Shown here: one piece after another, positions 29,481-39,883 of the stretch | Layout of the letters: each line of letters opens with the position of its first letter | Position numbering within the stretch: the stretch's first letter is position 1 | IMG/VR virus record: IMGVR_UViG_3300034018_000714 | Length of the DNA: 64,000 bases | Direction: 5' to 3' (one strand) | From: an uncultured virus (IMG/VR IMGVR_UViG_3300034018_000714) | Lineage: Duplodnaviria; Heunggongvirae; Uroviricota; Caudoviricetes | Notes under the pieces: model-generated | Told to the model about the DNA's origin: nothing | Databases searched by the model: none | What the model saw: only the letters and a program-made list of their open reading frames with translations | Made by a program: the position numbers and the translations under genes

Positions 29481-31175
29481 ATGGCAATGGATTTCTGGTC
29501 GCCGTCATACAGGGCGGCATCAAGTGACCTCACAGTTGCAATTTCACCACTTGGATTGGTTGAACTTGCTGACGAAGAATTTGAGGTACATGGTCCACGC
29601 CTAAACCGTTATGCCGCTGCATGGGCTTGGTACCTCGGTCACCACTGGTCTTACCGCCGTGAGATGGGTGAATCTCAGTTCTATATGAACTATGTCCGCA
29701 CCATGTCGGACTACATCACTAACTTCTGCTTTGGTAAGGGCGTACAGTTCCGTACCCCTGAGCAAAATGCTGCAATTATTCCTCACCTTCTTGCACAAGT
29801 TTGGGAAAACCACAACGCCAAGCATTATGTTCTTTGGGAAATGGGGCAGTTGGCTTCTGTTACTGGTGACTGTTTTGTTAAAGTTGCATACGAAGAACCA
29901 TATGTAGATCCAGCAGGTGTCCCTGTTGAGGGTCGTATCCGCATTATTCCTCTGAACCCAGCACACTGCTTCCCTGAGTATCACCCCCATGACCGCAACC
30001 GTCTTCAACGCTTTAAGTTAAAGTATCGTTTCTGGGGAACCTCTCCTGAAGGAACCCGACAGGTTTATACCTTTACCGAGATCCTCACTGAAGGAACTAT
30101 TCAGCAGTTTATTAATGATGAATTAGTGGACGAATACCCCAACGCTTTGGGAACAATCCCTGTTGTCCACATTGTTAACACTTCAATTTCTTCTTCTCCA
30201 TGGGGTCAATCAGACATCTGGGACATTATCCCTCTGAACCGTGAACTAAACGAGAAGATGGTTGAAGTTTCTGACATCATCAACTACCACGCCGCCCCTG
30301 TCACTATCATCACTGGTGCTAAGGCTTCCCAGTTGGAGCGTGGACCTAAGAAGGTTTGGGCTGGTCTCCCTAAAGATGCCAGTGTATTTAACCTTGAATC
30401 TCGTGGTGAGATGTCTGGTGCTTTGGAATACATCCAATTCCTAAAGCGCACTATGCATGAAATTACAGGAGTGCCTGAGACTGCTCTTGGACAGTTCCAG
30501 CCTGTATCAAACACTTCTGGTGTAGCACTGGCTATCCAATACCAGCCAATGATGAACCGCTTTTTGATGAAGAAAGTTCACTTTACTAAGGGTCTTGAGC
30601 GCATCAACGAACTAGTTATTCGCACAGCCGCAATCTTTGAGCCACAGATGCTCCAGTACGACCCATCCAAGTCGGCTATGCCAGAGCGTGACCAAGCAAC
30701 TGCCCTTGATCCAGGTGACCCTCTTACCTATAAGACCATGATTCATTGGCCTGAACCTCTCCCCGTTGACCAACTTATTAAACTCAATGAGGTACAAGCC
30801 AAAATGGCTCTCGGACTTGAATCCAAGCGTGGTGCCCTGCGTATCCTTGGCGAAGAATTCCCGAACGAAAAGATGGAAGAAATCTTTGAGGAATTGCATG
30901 ATGACGCCATGGATCAAGGCGCCCTTGACATGTTGAACGCTCAAATCCAGATGGCAGTAATGCTTGCCACTGGTATGGTTCCAGGTCCTGGAGGACCTGA
31001 AATGGCGTCTGCTGGAGGTGCTAATGTATCTTCCGCAAACGGTTCTTCTGAAGGGGGTGCTAGTCCAATGCCTGGACCAATCATCACTCCTGAAGAAGAG
31101 CAGATGGTAAATCAACTCGTATCTAAGGCTTATGGTGCCAGGTTCGCTCAACGGCGAGTCCCTGACGAAGAATAA
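29481..31175 (+). CDS. Portal protein
   Basis: GDCFVKV, N.LG.IPVVH, WGQSDI, SGVALAIQYQP; size and position. Confidence 0.88.
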   Translation: MAMDFWSPSYRAASSDLTVAISPLGLVELADEEFEVHGPRLNRYAAAWAWYLGHHWSYRREMGESQFYMNYVRTMSDYITNFCFGKGVQFRTPEQNAAIIPHLLAQVWENHNAKHYVLWEMGQLASVTGDCFVKVAYEEPYVDPAGVPVEGRIRIIPLNPAHCFPEYHPHDRNRLQRFKLKYRFWGTSPEGTRQVYTFTEILTEGTIQQFINDELVDEYPNALGTIPVVHIVNTSISSSPWGQSDIWDIIPLNRELNEKMVEVSDIINYHAAPVTIITGAKASQLERGPKKVWAGLPKDASVFNLESRGEMSGALEYIQFLKRTMHEITGVPETALGQFQPVSNTSGVALAIQYQPMMNRFLMKKVHFTKGLERINELVIRTAAIFEPQMLQYDPSKSAMPERDQATALDPGDPLTYKTMIHWPEPLPVDQLIKLNEVQAKMALGLESKRGALRILGEEFPNEKMEEIFEELHDDAMDQGALDMLNAQIQMAVMLATGMVPGPGGPEMASAGGANVSSANGSSEGGASPMPGPIITPEEEQMVNQLVSKAYGARFAQRRVPDEE

Positions 31176-31244
31176 GTCTTAACAAAAACAATTAGTCGTA
31201 TTAAATAAGCCCCTAAAAGCCAAACTAACAAGGTAGGTAACCCT

Positions 31245-32042
31245 ATGGCAAAGAACACAGGTCCCGAAGGGGACATCATTTCCGTTCCTATGGACGCTCC
31301 AATTGTGGAGCAGTTTGTAGAGAATGCAACTAAGAACAGCAAACTCTTTTCTGAGGATGAAGTAGAAAGCATCCGTAAGCAGGAAAAAGACAAGATGTAC
31401 AAGCGTCTTGAAGAGGCTGACACCCGTGTGAAGAGCATGGAAGAGCAGATGGCAGTTATTTCCCAAGAGCGTGAAGCCGCTCGTCAGGAAGCAGAAGCCC
31501 GTGCTGCAAAAGAAGCAGAAATCCTCCGTGAGCGTGAACTTCAGGAATTGAGCGCAAAGGAACTCCTCCTCCGTAAGGAAGACGAATTCAACCAGCGCAT
31601 CAATACTGTGGAGCAGGAATGGCAAGCACGCCTTTCTGAGATTGAATCACAGCGTCAGGCACAGGAAGCACTCCTTGATAAGGAGCGCCAGATGCAGGCA
31701 CTTAATCACTATCGTGAGTCCCGTTTGCAGGCAGAGCAGGAATCAATCATTCCTGAACTCATTGACCTTGTAGCAGGCAACAACGAAGATGAGATTGAAC
31801 AATCTATTGCTGTACTCCGTGAGCGTTCATCTGCTATTATTGAATCAATCCAACAAGCAACTCAGCAATCGCAGGGTCGCTTGCGGGGGGCGCCCGTTAC
31901 GGCTCCTCCTGTTGGGCCAATGGAAACTCAGACGGAATACCAACAGTTAAGTGCGGAGGACATCCGCAACATGTCAATGGATCAGTATGCAAAGATGCGG
32001 GACAGGCTCCTAAATGCACGGTCTCCACGAGGCCGTTTCTAA
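31245..32042 (+). CDS. Capsid scaffolding protein
   Basis: Glu/Gln/Arg coiled coil between portal and capsid; C-terminal I.NMSM.QYAK.R.RLL. Confidence 0.8.
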   Translation: MAKNTGPEGDIISVPMDAPIVEQFVENATKNSKLFSEDEVESIRKQEKDKMYKRLEEADTRVKSMEEQMAVISQEREAARQEAEARAAKEAEILRERELQELSAKELLLRKEDEFNQRINTVEQEWQARLSEIESQRQAQEALLDKERQMQALNHYRESRLQAEQESIIPELIDLVAGNNEDEIEQSIAVLRERSSAIIESIQQATQQSQGRLRGAPVTAPPVGPMETQTEYQQLSAEDIRNMSMDQYAKMRDRLLNARSPRGRF

Positions 32043-32079
32043 CAACCCCAACAATTAATTACCCAAAGGAATAAGCCCA

Positions 32080-33162
32080 ATGGCATACCCATCCCCAGCA
32101 GGCGGTGCAATTACCACCGCAGGCGCAACATCAGCCGCAGGTTATACTGACGGCGGTGCTGCACTCAGTCCAGCAATCCAGACAATTTGGTCCAAGGAAA
32201 TCTTGTTCCAAGCAATGCCTGTCCTCCGCTTTGAGCAGTTCGCTGTAAAGAAGACGGAACTCGGCGTTATGCCTGGTTTGACCATCAACTTCATGCGTTA
32301 CAACAACCTGTCAATCAACGAAACCGTTGGTGCAGAGTTGACTGAAGGTGTTCGCATGGACCCAGTTGCCCTCTCGGCAAGCCAGATCCAGATCACCGTT
32401 AAGGAACAGGGTCGTGCAGTTTCGGTTACCGAACTCCTTCTCAACGCTTCGTTTGACGATGTTATGGCATCGGCTTCTCGCCTCCTTGGTCGCCACATGG
32501 CACAGTCCATGGATGTTCAGGCACGCAACACCCTTTACAAGCCAGGCGTCCCATTCGGTGGCGGAGCCGCAGTTGCTCCAAACCTCGTGTTTGGTCGCAC
32601 TGCAACGGCAACCCGTGGCTCACTTGCTCCATACGAGTACAAGGCCGCTGGTAACTCAGGTGCTCCTGGCTACCTCTCACCTGCAACCATTAAGGACGCA
32701 GTGGAGATCTTGGCTGGACAGAACATTCCTCGCCTTGGCGACACCTATGTCTGCTTCGTAAACCCTGCACAGGCTCGCTCACTGCGTGACTGGCCTGAGT
32801 TCATTGAAGTGACGAAGTACGCTGCTCCTGGCAACTTCATGCTTGGTGAAATCGGACGCATCTACGATGTGGTCTTCATTGAAACCACACAGGTGAAGTC
32901 GGGTCTCGGCTCGGTTGACTCCAACCCAGCAACGAGCACTGTAGACGCAGTCCTCTCCAACTCATACACAGGCATCATGATCGGTGACAACGCATTCGGT
33001 CAGGCAATTGCCCTTCCAGTTGAACTCCGTGACGGTGGTGTGATTGACTTCGGTCGTGAGCACGGCTTGTCCTGGTACGCAATCTGGGGCTTTGGTGTTA
33101 TCACGCACGAATCTCGTGTGCTTATCAACACCCTTGGTGGCTCAGTTCCTGCTGGAGCCTAA
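32080..33162 (+). CDS. Major capsid protein (N4-gp56-like family)
   Basis: WSKEIL..., PG.TINF.RY, LTEG, GEIGRI..V.FIET, D.GR..G.SWY; strongly biased codon use. Confidence 0.88.
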   Translation: MAYPSPAGGAITTAGATSAAGYTDGGAALSPAIQTIWSKEILFQAMPVLRFEQFAVKKTELGVMPGLTINFMRYNNLSINETVGAELTEGVRMDPVALSASQIQITVKEQGRAVSVTELLLNASFDDVMASASRLLGRHMAQSMDVQARNTLYKPGVPFGGGAAVAPNLVFGRTATATRGSLAPYEYKAAGNSGAPGYLSPATIKDAVEILAGQNIPRLGDTYVCFVNPAQARSLRDWPEFIEVTKYAAPGNFMLGEIGRIYDVVFIETTQVKSGLGSVDSNPATSTVDAVLSNSYTGIMIGDNAFGQAIALPVELRDGGVIDFGREHGLSWYAIWGFGVITHESRVLINTLGGSVPAGA

Positions 33163-33176
33163 TCCACAAATTTGAT

Positions 33177-33218
33177 GTAAGGTGGGGGAACGGCGCAAGC
33201 CTAGTACCCCACCTTTAC
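33177..33218 (+). terminator. Stem-loop after capsid gene
   Basis: gtaaggtgggg...ggc-GCAA-gcc...ccccacctttac. Confidence 0.65.
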
Positions 33219-33252
33219 ACTTAATTACCCACTTTTACAAAAAGGAGTAGCC

Positions 33253-33510
33253 ATGGCTGCTAAAAAAATCACCAATCCAGAGTTTGTTGAGGCCCCTGAG
33301 GCAGTTGAGGAAGTTGTTGTTGAAGCAACTCCTGAAAAGGAAGTAGTCGCACCTGGCGCACCCGCCACAAAGAAGGGTCGTGTTAAGGGCACATGGACAA
33401 TGTATTGGGGTACCCAGTCTTTTGATTTTGAAGATGGCACCACATACACACTTCCTACTGATCTCTACAATCACCTCGCTAACCACGGAAACATCTACGA
33501 CACCCTCTAA
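33253..33510 (+). CDS. Small head-associated hypothetical protein
   Basis: RBS aaggag; follows capsid gene. Confidence 0.7.
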   Translation: MAAKKITNPEFVEAPEAVEEVVVEATPEKEVVAPGAPATKKGRVKGTWTMYWGTQSFDFEDGTTYTLPTDLYNHLANHGNIYDTL

Positions 33511-33517
33511 GGAATAA

Positions 33518-34900
33518 ATGTCTGGCTTTACAATTCCAAATACTCCTGATGCTTTTAATCAGAATCAGGCAGAGCCAGACTCCCTTGACTTCCAAATTCT
33601 TGGAAGTGCTGACACTGGCGTTGTCAGTGGCATGGATGTCATCCCTGGCTCATCAGTTACTGTAGATGTTCTAGCAGGAGAAGTTTTAATTAAAGGCGTC
33701 TACTACAGACTCGCCAGTAACAAACTTGGTCTTGCTCTAACATCTGCTGGAACCGATGGGTTCTTTGATATTGTGTATGCCCGTATTAACGGGGCTAACA
33801 CGGTTGATGTCTATGTCACTGGTACCGCTACAGGTCCAAACCCCCGATTTCCTGCTACAGGAAATGGTGTAGGTCAAATCAATACCGACACAGATGTTGT
33901 ACTAGCCTCTGTTTGGCGTACAGCAAACATTGCCCCCACCTCTCAACACATTACTGATAAGAGGATTTTTGTCCGTTCTAACGGAAACAGGGTAGCGAAC
34001 ACCGCACCTACCAACGGCACAGCCATTGGTTCTGGGTCTTCTGGTGACACCTATGTTAATACCGCTTGGGTAACTAACGCTACTAACCTTTCTTCCCCAC
34101 TGTCAGTTAAGGTTGGTAACACCTGGTACAACCTTGCTAAGTACAGCGAAAACTTTACCGCAGGAACCATTACTGCCACCCTTGTAGGCAATGTCAGCGG
34201 AAACGCAACAACAGCCACAACCGCCAGTGCAGTTCCATGGAGTGGTATTACAGGTATCCCATCATTGGTTTATAACAACAATGGAACTTACAGCATAAAT
34301 GTTACAGGTAGCGCAGGAAGTGCTGGGTCTGCTGGCAGTGCTACAACTGCTGGTTATCTCTCTGTATTTGTCAATGCTGATCCACTTGGTGGACCTTACA
34401 TTGGGTGGAGTAGTAGTCTTGGCACTTGGTCAGTGGTTGGCAACATTTTTTTTGGTGATGGGTTCTTTACAAATTCAACAGTAAGTCTTCCTTATGTTAA
34501 TGGTTATGGCGGAGTTGCAGCAACGGGTACCACAAATGCTTTAGTTAGACAAGCAGCCAACGGAAACTTGAGAATTTCTTCTTCACGCAGAGACTTAAAA
34601 ACAAATATTAAAGACTATTCAAATGGTCTATCTATTATTAAAGATCTTCGCCCTCGTTTGTTCAACTGGAAACCACAGCCTGACGATCCAGAAATTGAAC
34701 TTACTGCAAAAGCCACTCTTCCTGAACATGGTTTTATTGTTGAAGAGGTTTTTGAAAAATACCCAGAACTTGTAACTTATCTTTATGAAAAAGATGGGTC
34801 AAAGACTCCAATCATGTGGAAAACAAATGATGTCATTTCTATCCTTGTGCAATCTGTTCAAGAGTTGTCAGAGCGCATTGAAGCCCTAGAGGCACAATGA
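33518..34900 (+). CDS. Fibre protein with C-terminal peptidase S74 intramolecular chaperone
   Basis: SSRRDLKTNIKD...I.DLRP.LFNWK...HGFIVEEV...LVQSVQELSERIEALE. Confidence 0.8.
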   Translation: MSGFTIPNTPDAFNQNQAEPDSLDFQILGSADTGVVSGMDVIPGSSVTVDVLAGEVLIKGVYYRLASNKLGLALTSAGTDGFFDIVYARINGANTVDVYVTGTATGPNPRFPATGNGVGQINTDTDVVLASVWRTANIAPTSQHITDKRIFVRSNGNRVANTAPTNGTAIGSGSSGDTYVNTAWVTNATNLSSPLSVKVGNTWYNLAKYSENFTAGTITATLVGNVSGNATTATTASAVPWSGITGIPSLVYNNNGTYSINVTGSAGSAGSAGSATTAGYLSVFVNADPLGGPYIGWSSSLGTWSVVGNIFFGDGFFTNSTVSLPYVNGYGGVAATGTTNALVRQAANGNLRISSSRRDLKTNIKDYSNGLSIIKDLRPRLFNWKPQPDDPEIELTAKATLPEHGFIVEEVFEKYPELVTYLYEKDGSKTPIMWKTNDVISILVQSVQELSERIEALEAQ

Positions 34901-35052
34901 CAGACGAGCGCCCAATCCCAGTGCCCACTGGTACGGTCGCTGACATTAAAAAAGTCCGCACCATCATGACCAGGCGTCACCGTGAGTCACAACCACAAGT
35001 TAATCAACCGCTGCAAGACACCCTCCCAGGAACTGGTTCAGGAGATCAATAA
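34897..35052 (+). CDS. Small hypothetical protein (51 aa)
   Basis: Hand translation MTDERPIPVPTGTVADIKKVRTIMTRRH...; ATGA and TAATG overlaps on both sides. Confidence 0.6.
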   Translation: MTDERPIPVPTGTVADIKKVRTIMTRRHRESQPQVNQPLQDTLPGTGSGDQ

Positions 35053-35855
35053 TGGCAAATTTAACCCCACTTCAATATATTGTGGAAGTAGCACGAAATT
35101 ACTTGCGTGATTTCCCTAAGTTCTTTCAGGTGTCTTTTGACGCAATTGGTCGCACATATGAACTAGGTCAACTTAACATTGACCCCACTACCGTCTGGGT
35201 GGCTACCGTTACTGGTGGAACAGTCACTGAACTAACATCTAGCCAGTACACCCTTGACAACCGTAATGGTATTTTGCGCCTTTCTGCTACCCCTGCTGCT
35301 AACACAACCATCATGGTTGAGGGCTACTACTACGAGTGGTTACTTCCTGCTGACCTTGAGTTTTACTCAAAGAAATCAATTAATTACCATATCCCCACAA
35401 TTGATGTTCCTTTGGAACAGGCTAATCTTGCAGTATTGGATGTAGTGGGCCTGGGAGCCCTTGTAGAGTCCCTACAGGCTCTTATGACAGAGTTTGCCCG
35501 TGACATTGATGTCATGACCTCTGAGTCCATCCACATCCCTGGATCACAGCGTTTTCGCATGCTTCAAAGCCTTATTCAGCAATGGGAAGTTGAGTACCGT
35601 AAGCACGCCAACAACCTCAACATTGGTCCTGAAAAAATATCTCAATTCAGTCTACGCCGTGTGTCCCGCACAACCAATCGTTATGTACCTCTGTACAAGG
35701 CTAAGGAACTTGGTGACTACGGTCCAATGGAGCGTATCTGGGCGGAAGACAGTGAAGGAAAAATCCTTATTGCAGAAGAAAATGAGCCGTTGCGTGAGGA
35801 TGTCTATATTGATGGTCCCCCACCAAGGGGCTACACAAGTAATGCGTTTTACTAA
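35052..35855 (+). CDS. Head-tail adaptor/neck protein
   Basis: Position; YTLD..NG.L.L...P motif. Confidence 0.6.
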   Translation: MANLTPLQYIVEVARNYLRDFPKFFQVSFDAIGRTYELGQLNIDPTTVWVATVTGGTVTELTSSQYTLDNRNGILRLSATPAANTTIMVEGYYYEWLLPADLEFYSKKSINYHIPTIDVPLEQANLAVLDVVGLGALVESLQALMTEFARDIDVMTSESIHIPGSQRFRMLQSLIQQWEVEYRKHANNLNIGPEKISQFSLRRVSRTTNRYVPLYKAKELGDYGPMERIWAEDSEGKILIAEENEPLREDVYIDGPPPRGYTSNAFY

Positions 35856-36403
35856 TGGACCTAAGGCGTGAACTAGCCCATATTAGAAAGAACTACCGCA
35901 GTTACCACCGTAACAACGGTGAGTCAATCGTATGGTTTGAATTTACTCCTTTGGGAACCAACACATCCACACAGTCTGTGTATGACGATGTTTACGATGA
36001 AGGTGTGCCAGGCGCTGGTGGTAAAAGGTACAAAAACGGTGTAATCATCCCTGTACTAATGATTACAGAGGCTGAAGACCAGAAGCGTGCTATCCCTGAA
36101 GGTCGCCAGCCAGTACAGTTGACTAACTTTGTGGCATCAGTTGAGGATTTTCGTGATGCTGGGGTGGTCAACCCTTTTGAATACCGTGGTCACCTTAATG
36201 ACATGTTCCTCTATGACGGTCGCTATTTTTCTGTAGTTTCCTACCGTGTCCGTGGTCGTGCCTCAGATGATGTATTGATTGTGGTTGAAGGTATTGAAGT
36301 CTTCATCAGCCAAGAAATGCCTTTTGATCCAGGTCCACAATCTTATGGTGTGCAGAATTTGCCATGGCCTGCCACCCTTCCCCCCTCCTCCACGATTCCC
36401 TAA
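35855..36403 (+). CDS. Head-tail stopper/neck protein
   Basis: Position; YDDVYDEG...LND.F.YDGRYF.V. Confidence 0.6.
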   Translation: MDLRRELAHIRKNYRSYHRNNGESIVWFEFTPLGTNTSTQSVYDDVYDEGVPGAGGKRYKNGVIIPVLMITEAEDQKRAIPEGRQPVQLTNFVASVEDFRDAGVVNPFEYRGHLNDMFLYDGRYFSVVSYRVRGRASDDVLIVVEGIEVFISQEMPFDPGPQSYGVQNLPWPATLPPSSTIP

Positions 36404-36473
36404 CTCTGATAAACTGTATATAACCTTGGTGAGCGCCAAGGGGTATAACGCCTAGAGTTCCGTGGGAGAAGTA

Positions 36474-36872
36474 ATGACTTCTGCACAATCGCATACACGC
36501 ACGAACTCTAATTCTGTTATCACTGGGGAATTCCCATTTGTTTCTTTCTTTTCAGAATACCTTGTGAATTTTCCATCAGCCTATAAAGGCGCCCTTGAAG
36601 ACACTATTGCGGCTGAACACTCACACCTTTCTGAAAGAATGTCATCCCACCCCGATTGGGTGGAACATGCTCCCCATGCAGATGTTTCCGTAGTAGGTAA
36701 TCATCTTGAGTATGGTGTAAGTGCTAATAAAGATAAAGCCAAATTGGTTGAATATGGTGACCCCTCTAAGAAGGTTGTTCCCACAGGGCTGTTGCGGTCT
36801 ACTGCTTTACACCGTTCGTATAATTTAAAGTCTGAATTTTCCGACCGTATTTCAAATCGGATGATTAACTAA
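36474..36872 (+). CDS. Tail completion-like hypothetical protein
   Basis: A.LVEYG motif; position. Confidence 0.5.
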   Translation: MTSAQSHTRTNSNSVITGEFPFVSFFSEYLVNFPSAYKGALEDTIAAEHSHLSERMSSHPDWVEHAPHADVSVVGNHLEYGVSANKDKAKLVEYGDPSKKVVPTGLLRSTALHRSYNLKSEFSDRISNRMIN

Positions 36873-37531
36873 TGCCGAACCCAGGATTTCTTCTTGCTGA
36901 AGATGCTGCCCTTAAAGCACGGTTTTCTACCTTGACTGTTAGTGATGACCGCAACGGTTCACGACCTGTACAGGTATTCTTCCGTTACCCAGAGGCAGAA
37001 ACTGAGCGTAGTTATCCTTTTCTTACTATTGAAATGATTGACATTGTGCATGCACGCAACCGTCAGCATTCAGAAACACAAGTAATTTACCCTAAAGTGG
37101 GTATTCCAAACCGCTCTAAGTTTGATACTTCGCCAGACCGTTTGAACTACTGGCCTAGCCGTATCTCTAATTTAGAAACAGTACCTTCCACAGGTAAAGA
37201 GTTTATTGTCAGCAACGAGTTTGTTCCCGTAGATCTTTTGTATCAAGTTTCTACATTTACTCGTAGTGCACTACACGATCGCCAACTTAGCAGTCAAATG
37301 TTGAGTACAATTGTTCCATTCCGACAGGGCTTTATCACAGTCCCAGAGGATGACACAATTCGGCGTTTAGATCTTTTGGATTGGACAACTGCGGACCTCC
37401 TTGACTCAGAGGCAGGATACCGTAAGCGTATTTTCCGAAAGATTTACACACTTCAAATGTCTGCTGAGATCCCCTCACAAGACATGTATGGTCTCCATCA
37501 AATCACATCTACTGTCCCAACAATTGTCTAA
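36872..37531 (+). CDS. Tail terminator/sheath stabiliser
   Basis: YPFLTIE...PVDLLYQVST; immediately before sheath. Confidence 0.65.
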   Translation: MPNPGFLLAEDAALKARFSTLTVSDDRNGSRPVQVFFRYPEAETERSYPFLTIEMIDIVHARNRQHSETQVIYPKVGIPNRSKFDTSPDRLNYWPSRISNLETVPSTGKEFIVSNEFVPVDLLYQVSTFTRSALHDRQLSSQMLSTIVPFRQGFITVPEDDTIRRLDLLDWTTADLLDSEAGYRKRIFRKIYTLQMSAEIPSQDMYGLHQITSTVPTIV

Positions 37532-37574
37532 ATATAAGTACCCCGTAAACCCCGTCTATTGCTAAGGAGCAAAA

Positions 37575-39227
37575 ATGGCATTCTCCCGCCCTGGTGTCTA
37601 CATTACAGAAGGCCCATTCACTACAAACGCATCAATAGGACCACAGGTTACTCCTGCGGCGTTCTTTGGAACAGTCGCTCGTGGACCTATTGGACCTACA
37701 CGCATTGATTCGTGGAATCAGTACAAGGCACTTTATGGTGACCTGACTAACACTTCTGATCTTGGTTACTCCGTCTACCAATTTTTTGCAAACGGTGGTC
37801 GTTCCGCATACATCAACCGCATTGCCCATACCACGACTGCCCAGAACAACGCCGCCGCTGTGACCGCTAAGTCTGGTTCTATTACTGGAACAATTGGCGC
37901 TTCCTCTTCAGTAGTGACTTTGTTTAAGGTTCAAGCAAAGAGCCCAGGAACTTGGGCTAACTGGGTTGCATCAAGCACCACAACGACAGAACTTGGTTTG
38001 AAGGTTGTCCTTACACCAGGACAGCGTGATGGTATTCCCGAAACAGTTAATGTTGGTGGTGGTGTTTTTGGTAAAGGCGCTCCACGAACATTCAACCTTT
38101 TTGTATACTTCAACGGAGTTGAGGTAGAGCGTTGGACTGAGGTTTCTCTTGATCCTGACTCAGCACAATACATCCTTAACATTGTTAACACATACTCTAT
38201 TTACGCCGATGTCGTTGAGGTTGATGCTGGTTTAACCGCAGGTGTTGATTACACACTGACAGGTCTTACCTACGGAAACCCATCCTCAGGATCGGCTACC
38301 TACAAGATTGGTGACGCCACTGCTTCTGGAGATGTTGAAGGAACCAATGGTACTGTTGTTGACGCAGACTGGACAACCGCTGTTGACGCACTGGACACAG
38401 TTCCTGGTGCACTACTGATTAACTTGGTTGGTCAAACATCTAAGAGTCTTGTAGATAAGGCGACAACATACGCCGAAACTCGTGGTAATGCTTTTGTCAT
38501 TATTGACCCAAGCAAGACCCTACTTACCAGTGCCGCAATCACAGGATTGACTGATACATACAACAAGTCTTCCTATGGCGCTGTGTATTACCCAGTCCTA
38601 AAGATGCCAGATCCTGCTCGTTCAGGTTCTGCTACTCTTCGGGACACTTTCCCAGGTGGCGCAATTGCTGGATTGTTCTCTCGTGTTGAGCAAGAGCGTA
38701 CCGTGGCTAAAGCACCTGCTGGTTATGCTTACGACATCCGTAACGCATACGCTTTGACTACAAACTTCACGGAAGCAAGCATTGGTCTCCTTTATGATTC
38801 CAATGTCAACACCATGAAGAACATCCCTGGTGGTGGAATCATTATTAATGGTGCCCGAACCCTTAAGCGCACCGACATCACAAAGTATGTTCCAGTACGC
38901 CGTTCCCTTAACTACATCAAGCACAATGTTGAAACAATTGCTAACTATGCATTGTTTGAGCCAAACGGTGAGCGTGTCTGGACAGACATCAATAACCGTG
39001 TCTGGAAGTTCCTGGCGGACTTCTGGGGTGCTGGTGGTCTTAAGGGACGAAATGTAACAGAAGCGTTCTATATCATTTGTGATTCAACCAACAACACAAC
39101 TTATACAATTGAAAACGGCGAACTTCATGTTGAAGTTGGTGTGGCATTACAGTCACCTGCCGAATTCATTGTTATTAATGTAAGCCAGTTTGCTGGTTCT
39201 TCAAACACGACCGCAGAAACTATCTAA
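37575..39227 (+). CDS. Contractile tail sheath protein
   Basis: RPGVYI.E, FFANGG, AVYYP, KAPAG, GARTL, YVPVRR, FEPN, GVAL..PAEFIVI. Confidence 0.95.
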   Translation: MAFSRPGVYITEGPFTTNASIGPQVTPAAFFGTVARGPIGPTRIDSWNQYKALYGDLTNTSDLGYSVYQFFANGGRSAYINRIAHTTTAQNNAAAVTAKSGSITGTIGASSSVVTLFKVQAKSPGTWANWVASSTTTTELGLKVVLTPGQRDGIPETVNVGGGVFGKGAPRTFNLFVYFNGVEVERWTEVSLDPDSAQYILNIVNTYSIYADVVEVDAGLTAGVDYTLTGLTYGNPSSGSATYKIGDATASGDVEGTNGTVVDADWTTAVDALDTVPGALLINLVGQTSKSLVDKATTYAETRGNAFVIIDPSKTLLTSAAITGLTDTYNKSSYGAVYYPVLKMPDPARSGSATLRDTFPGGAIAGLFSRVEQERTVAKAPAGYAYDIRNAYALTTNFTEASIGLLYDSNVNTMKNIPGGGIIINGARTLKRTDITKYVPVRRSLNYIKHNVETIANYALFEPNGERVWTDINNRVWKFLADFWGAGGLKGRNVTEAFYIICDSTNNTTYTIENGELHVEVGVALQSPAEFIVINVSQFAGSSNTTAETI

Positions 39228-39238
39228 GGAGATAAATA

Positions 39239-39856
39239 ATGGCTAATGTACAACGCACTGATCCACTTCGTAACTTTAAGTTTCAAGTTCAGATCACCCC
39301 ATCTGGAGCACTTGCTAACTTTAGTAAGGACTTAGGAAAAATTGGATTCACCAACATGAGTGGTCTTAGTGTTACTAATGACCTCTTGTCTTACCGTGAG
39401 GGTGGTATGAACACCCACACGCATAAGATGGTTGGTTTGTCTGACTTTAGCGCCGTGTCATTCGTTCGTGGCGTATTTGCTGACGGAGACCAACTCTGGA
39501 AGTGGCAACAATTCATCCACTCATGGGAGAGTGGTGTCCCTGGTGGAAGCACTGGTATTAATGAGCAGGGCGACTACCGCTGTGACATCGTGGTAAAGGT
39601 CTATGACCACCCAACCACGAGTAACACCTACACCTACTCTGGTGGAGGAAACCTCTCAACCAATGATGAAAAGCCTGGTAAGGTTAAACTTGCCATGAAG
39701 TTGTTCAACTGCTGGCCTGGAGTTTTCAGTCTTGGTGGATTGTCTGCTGGAGACAGTGGAATTATGGTTCAAGAACTTACTGTGCACCATGAAGGATTTG
39801 TTCTTGCTTGGAATGCAGCAGATGCAGCCAAGTACAACATCCAGGGCTTTAACTGA
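39239..39856 (+). CDS. Tail tube protein (T4 gp19-like)
   Basis: DPLRNFKFQV, GF..MSGL, YREGG.N, NCWP, QELTV.HEGF. Confidence 0.92.
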   Translation: MANVQRTDPLRNFKFQVQITPSGALANFSKDLGKIGFTNMSGLSVTNDLLSYREGGMNTHTHKMVGLSDFSAVSFVRGVFADGDQLWKWQQFIHSWESGVPGGSTGINEQGDYRCDIVVKVYDHPTTSNTYTYSGGGNLSTNDEKPGKVKLAMKLFNCWPGVFSLGGLSAGDSGIMVQELTVHHEGFVLAWNAADAAKYNIQGFN

Positions 39857-39883
39857 TCTAACTTAACTTAAAAGGAAAACTAA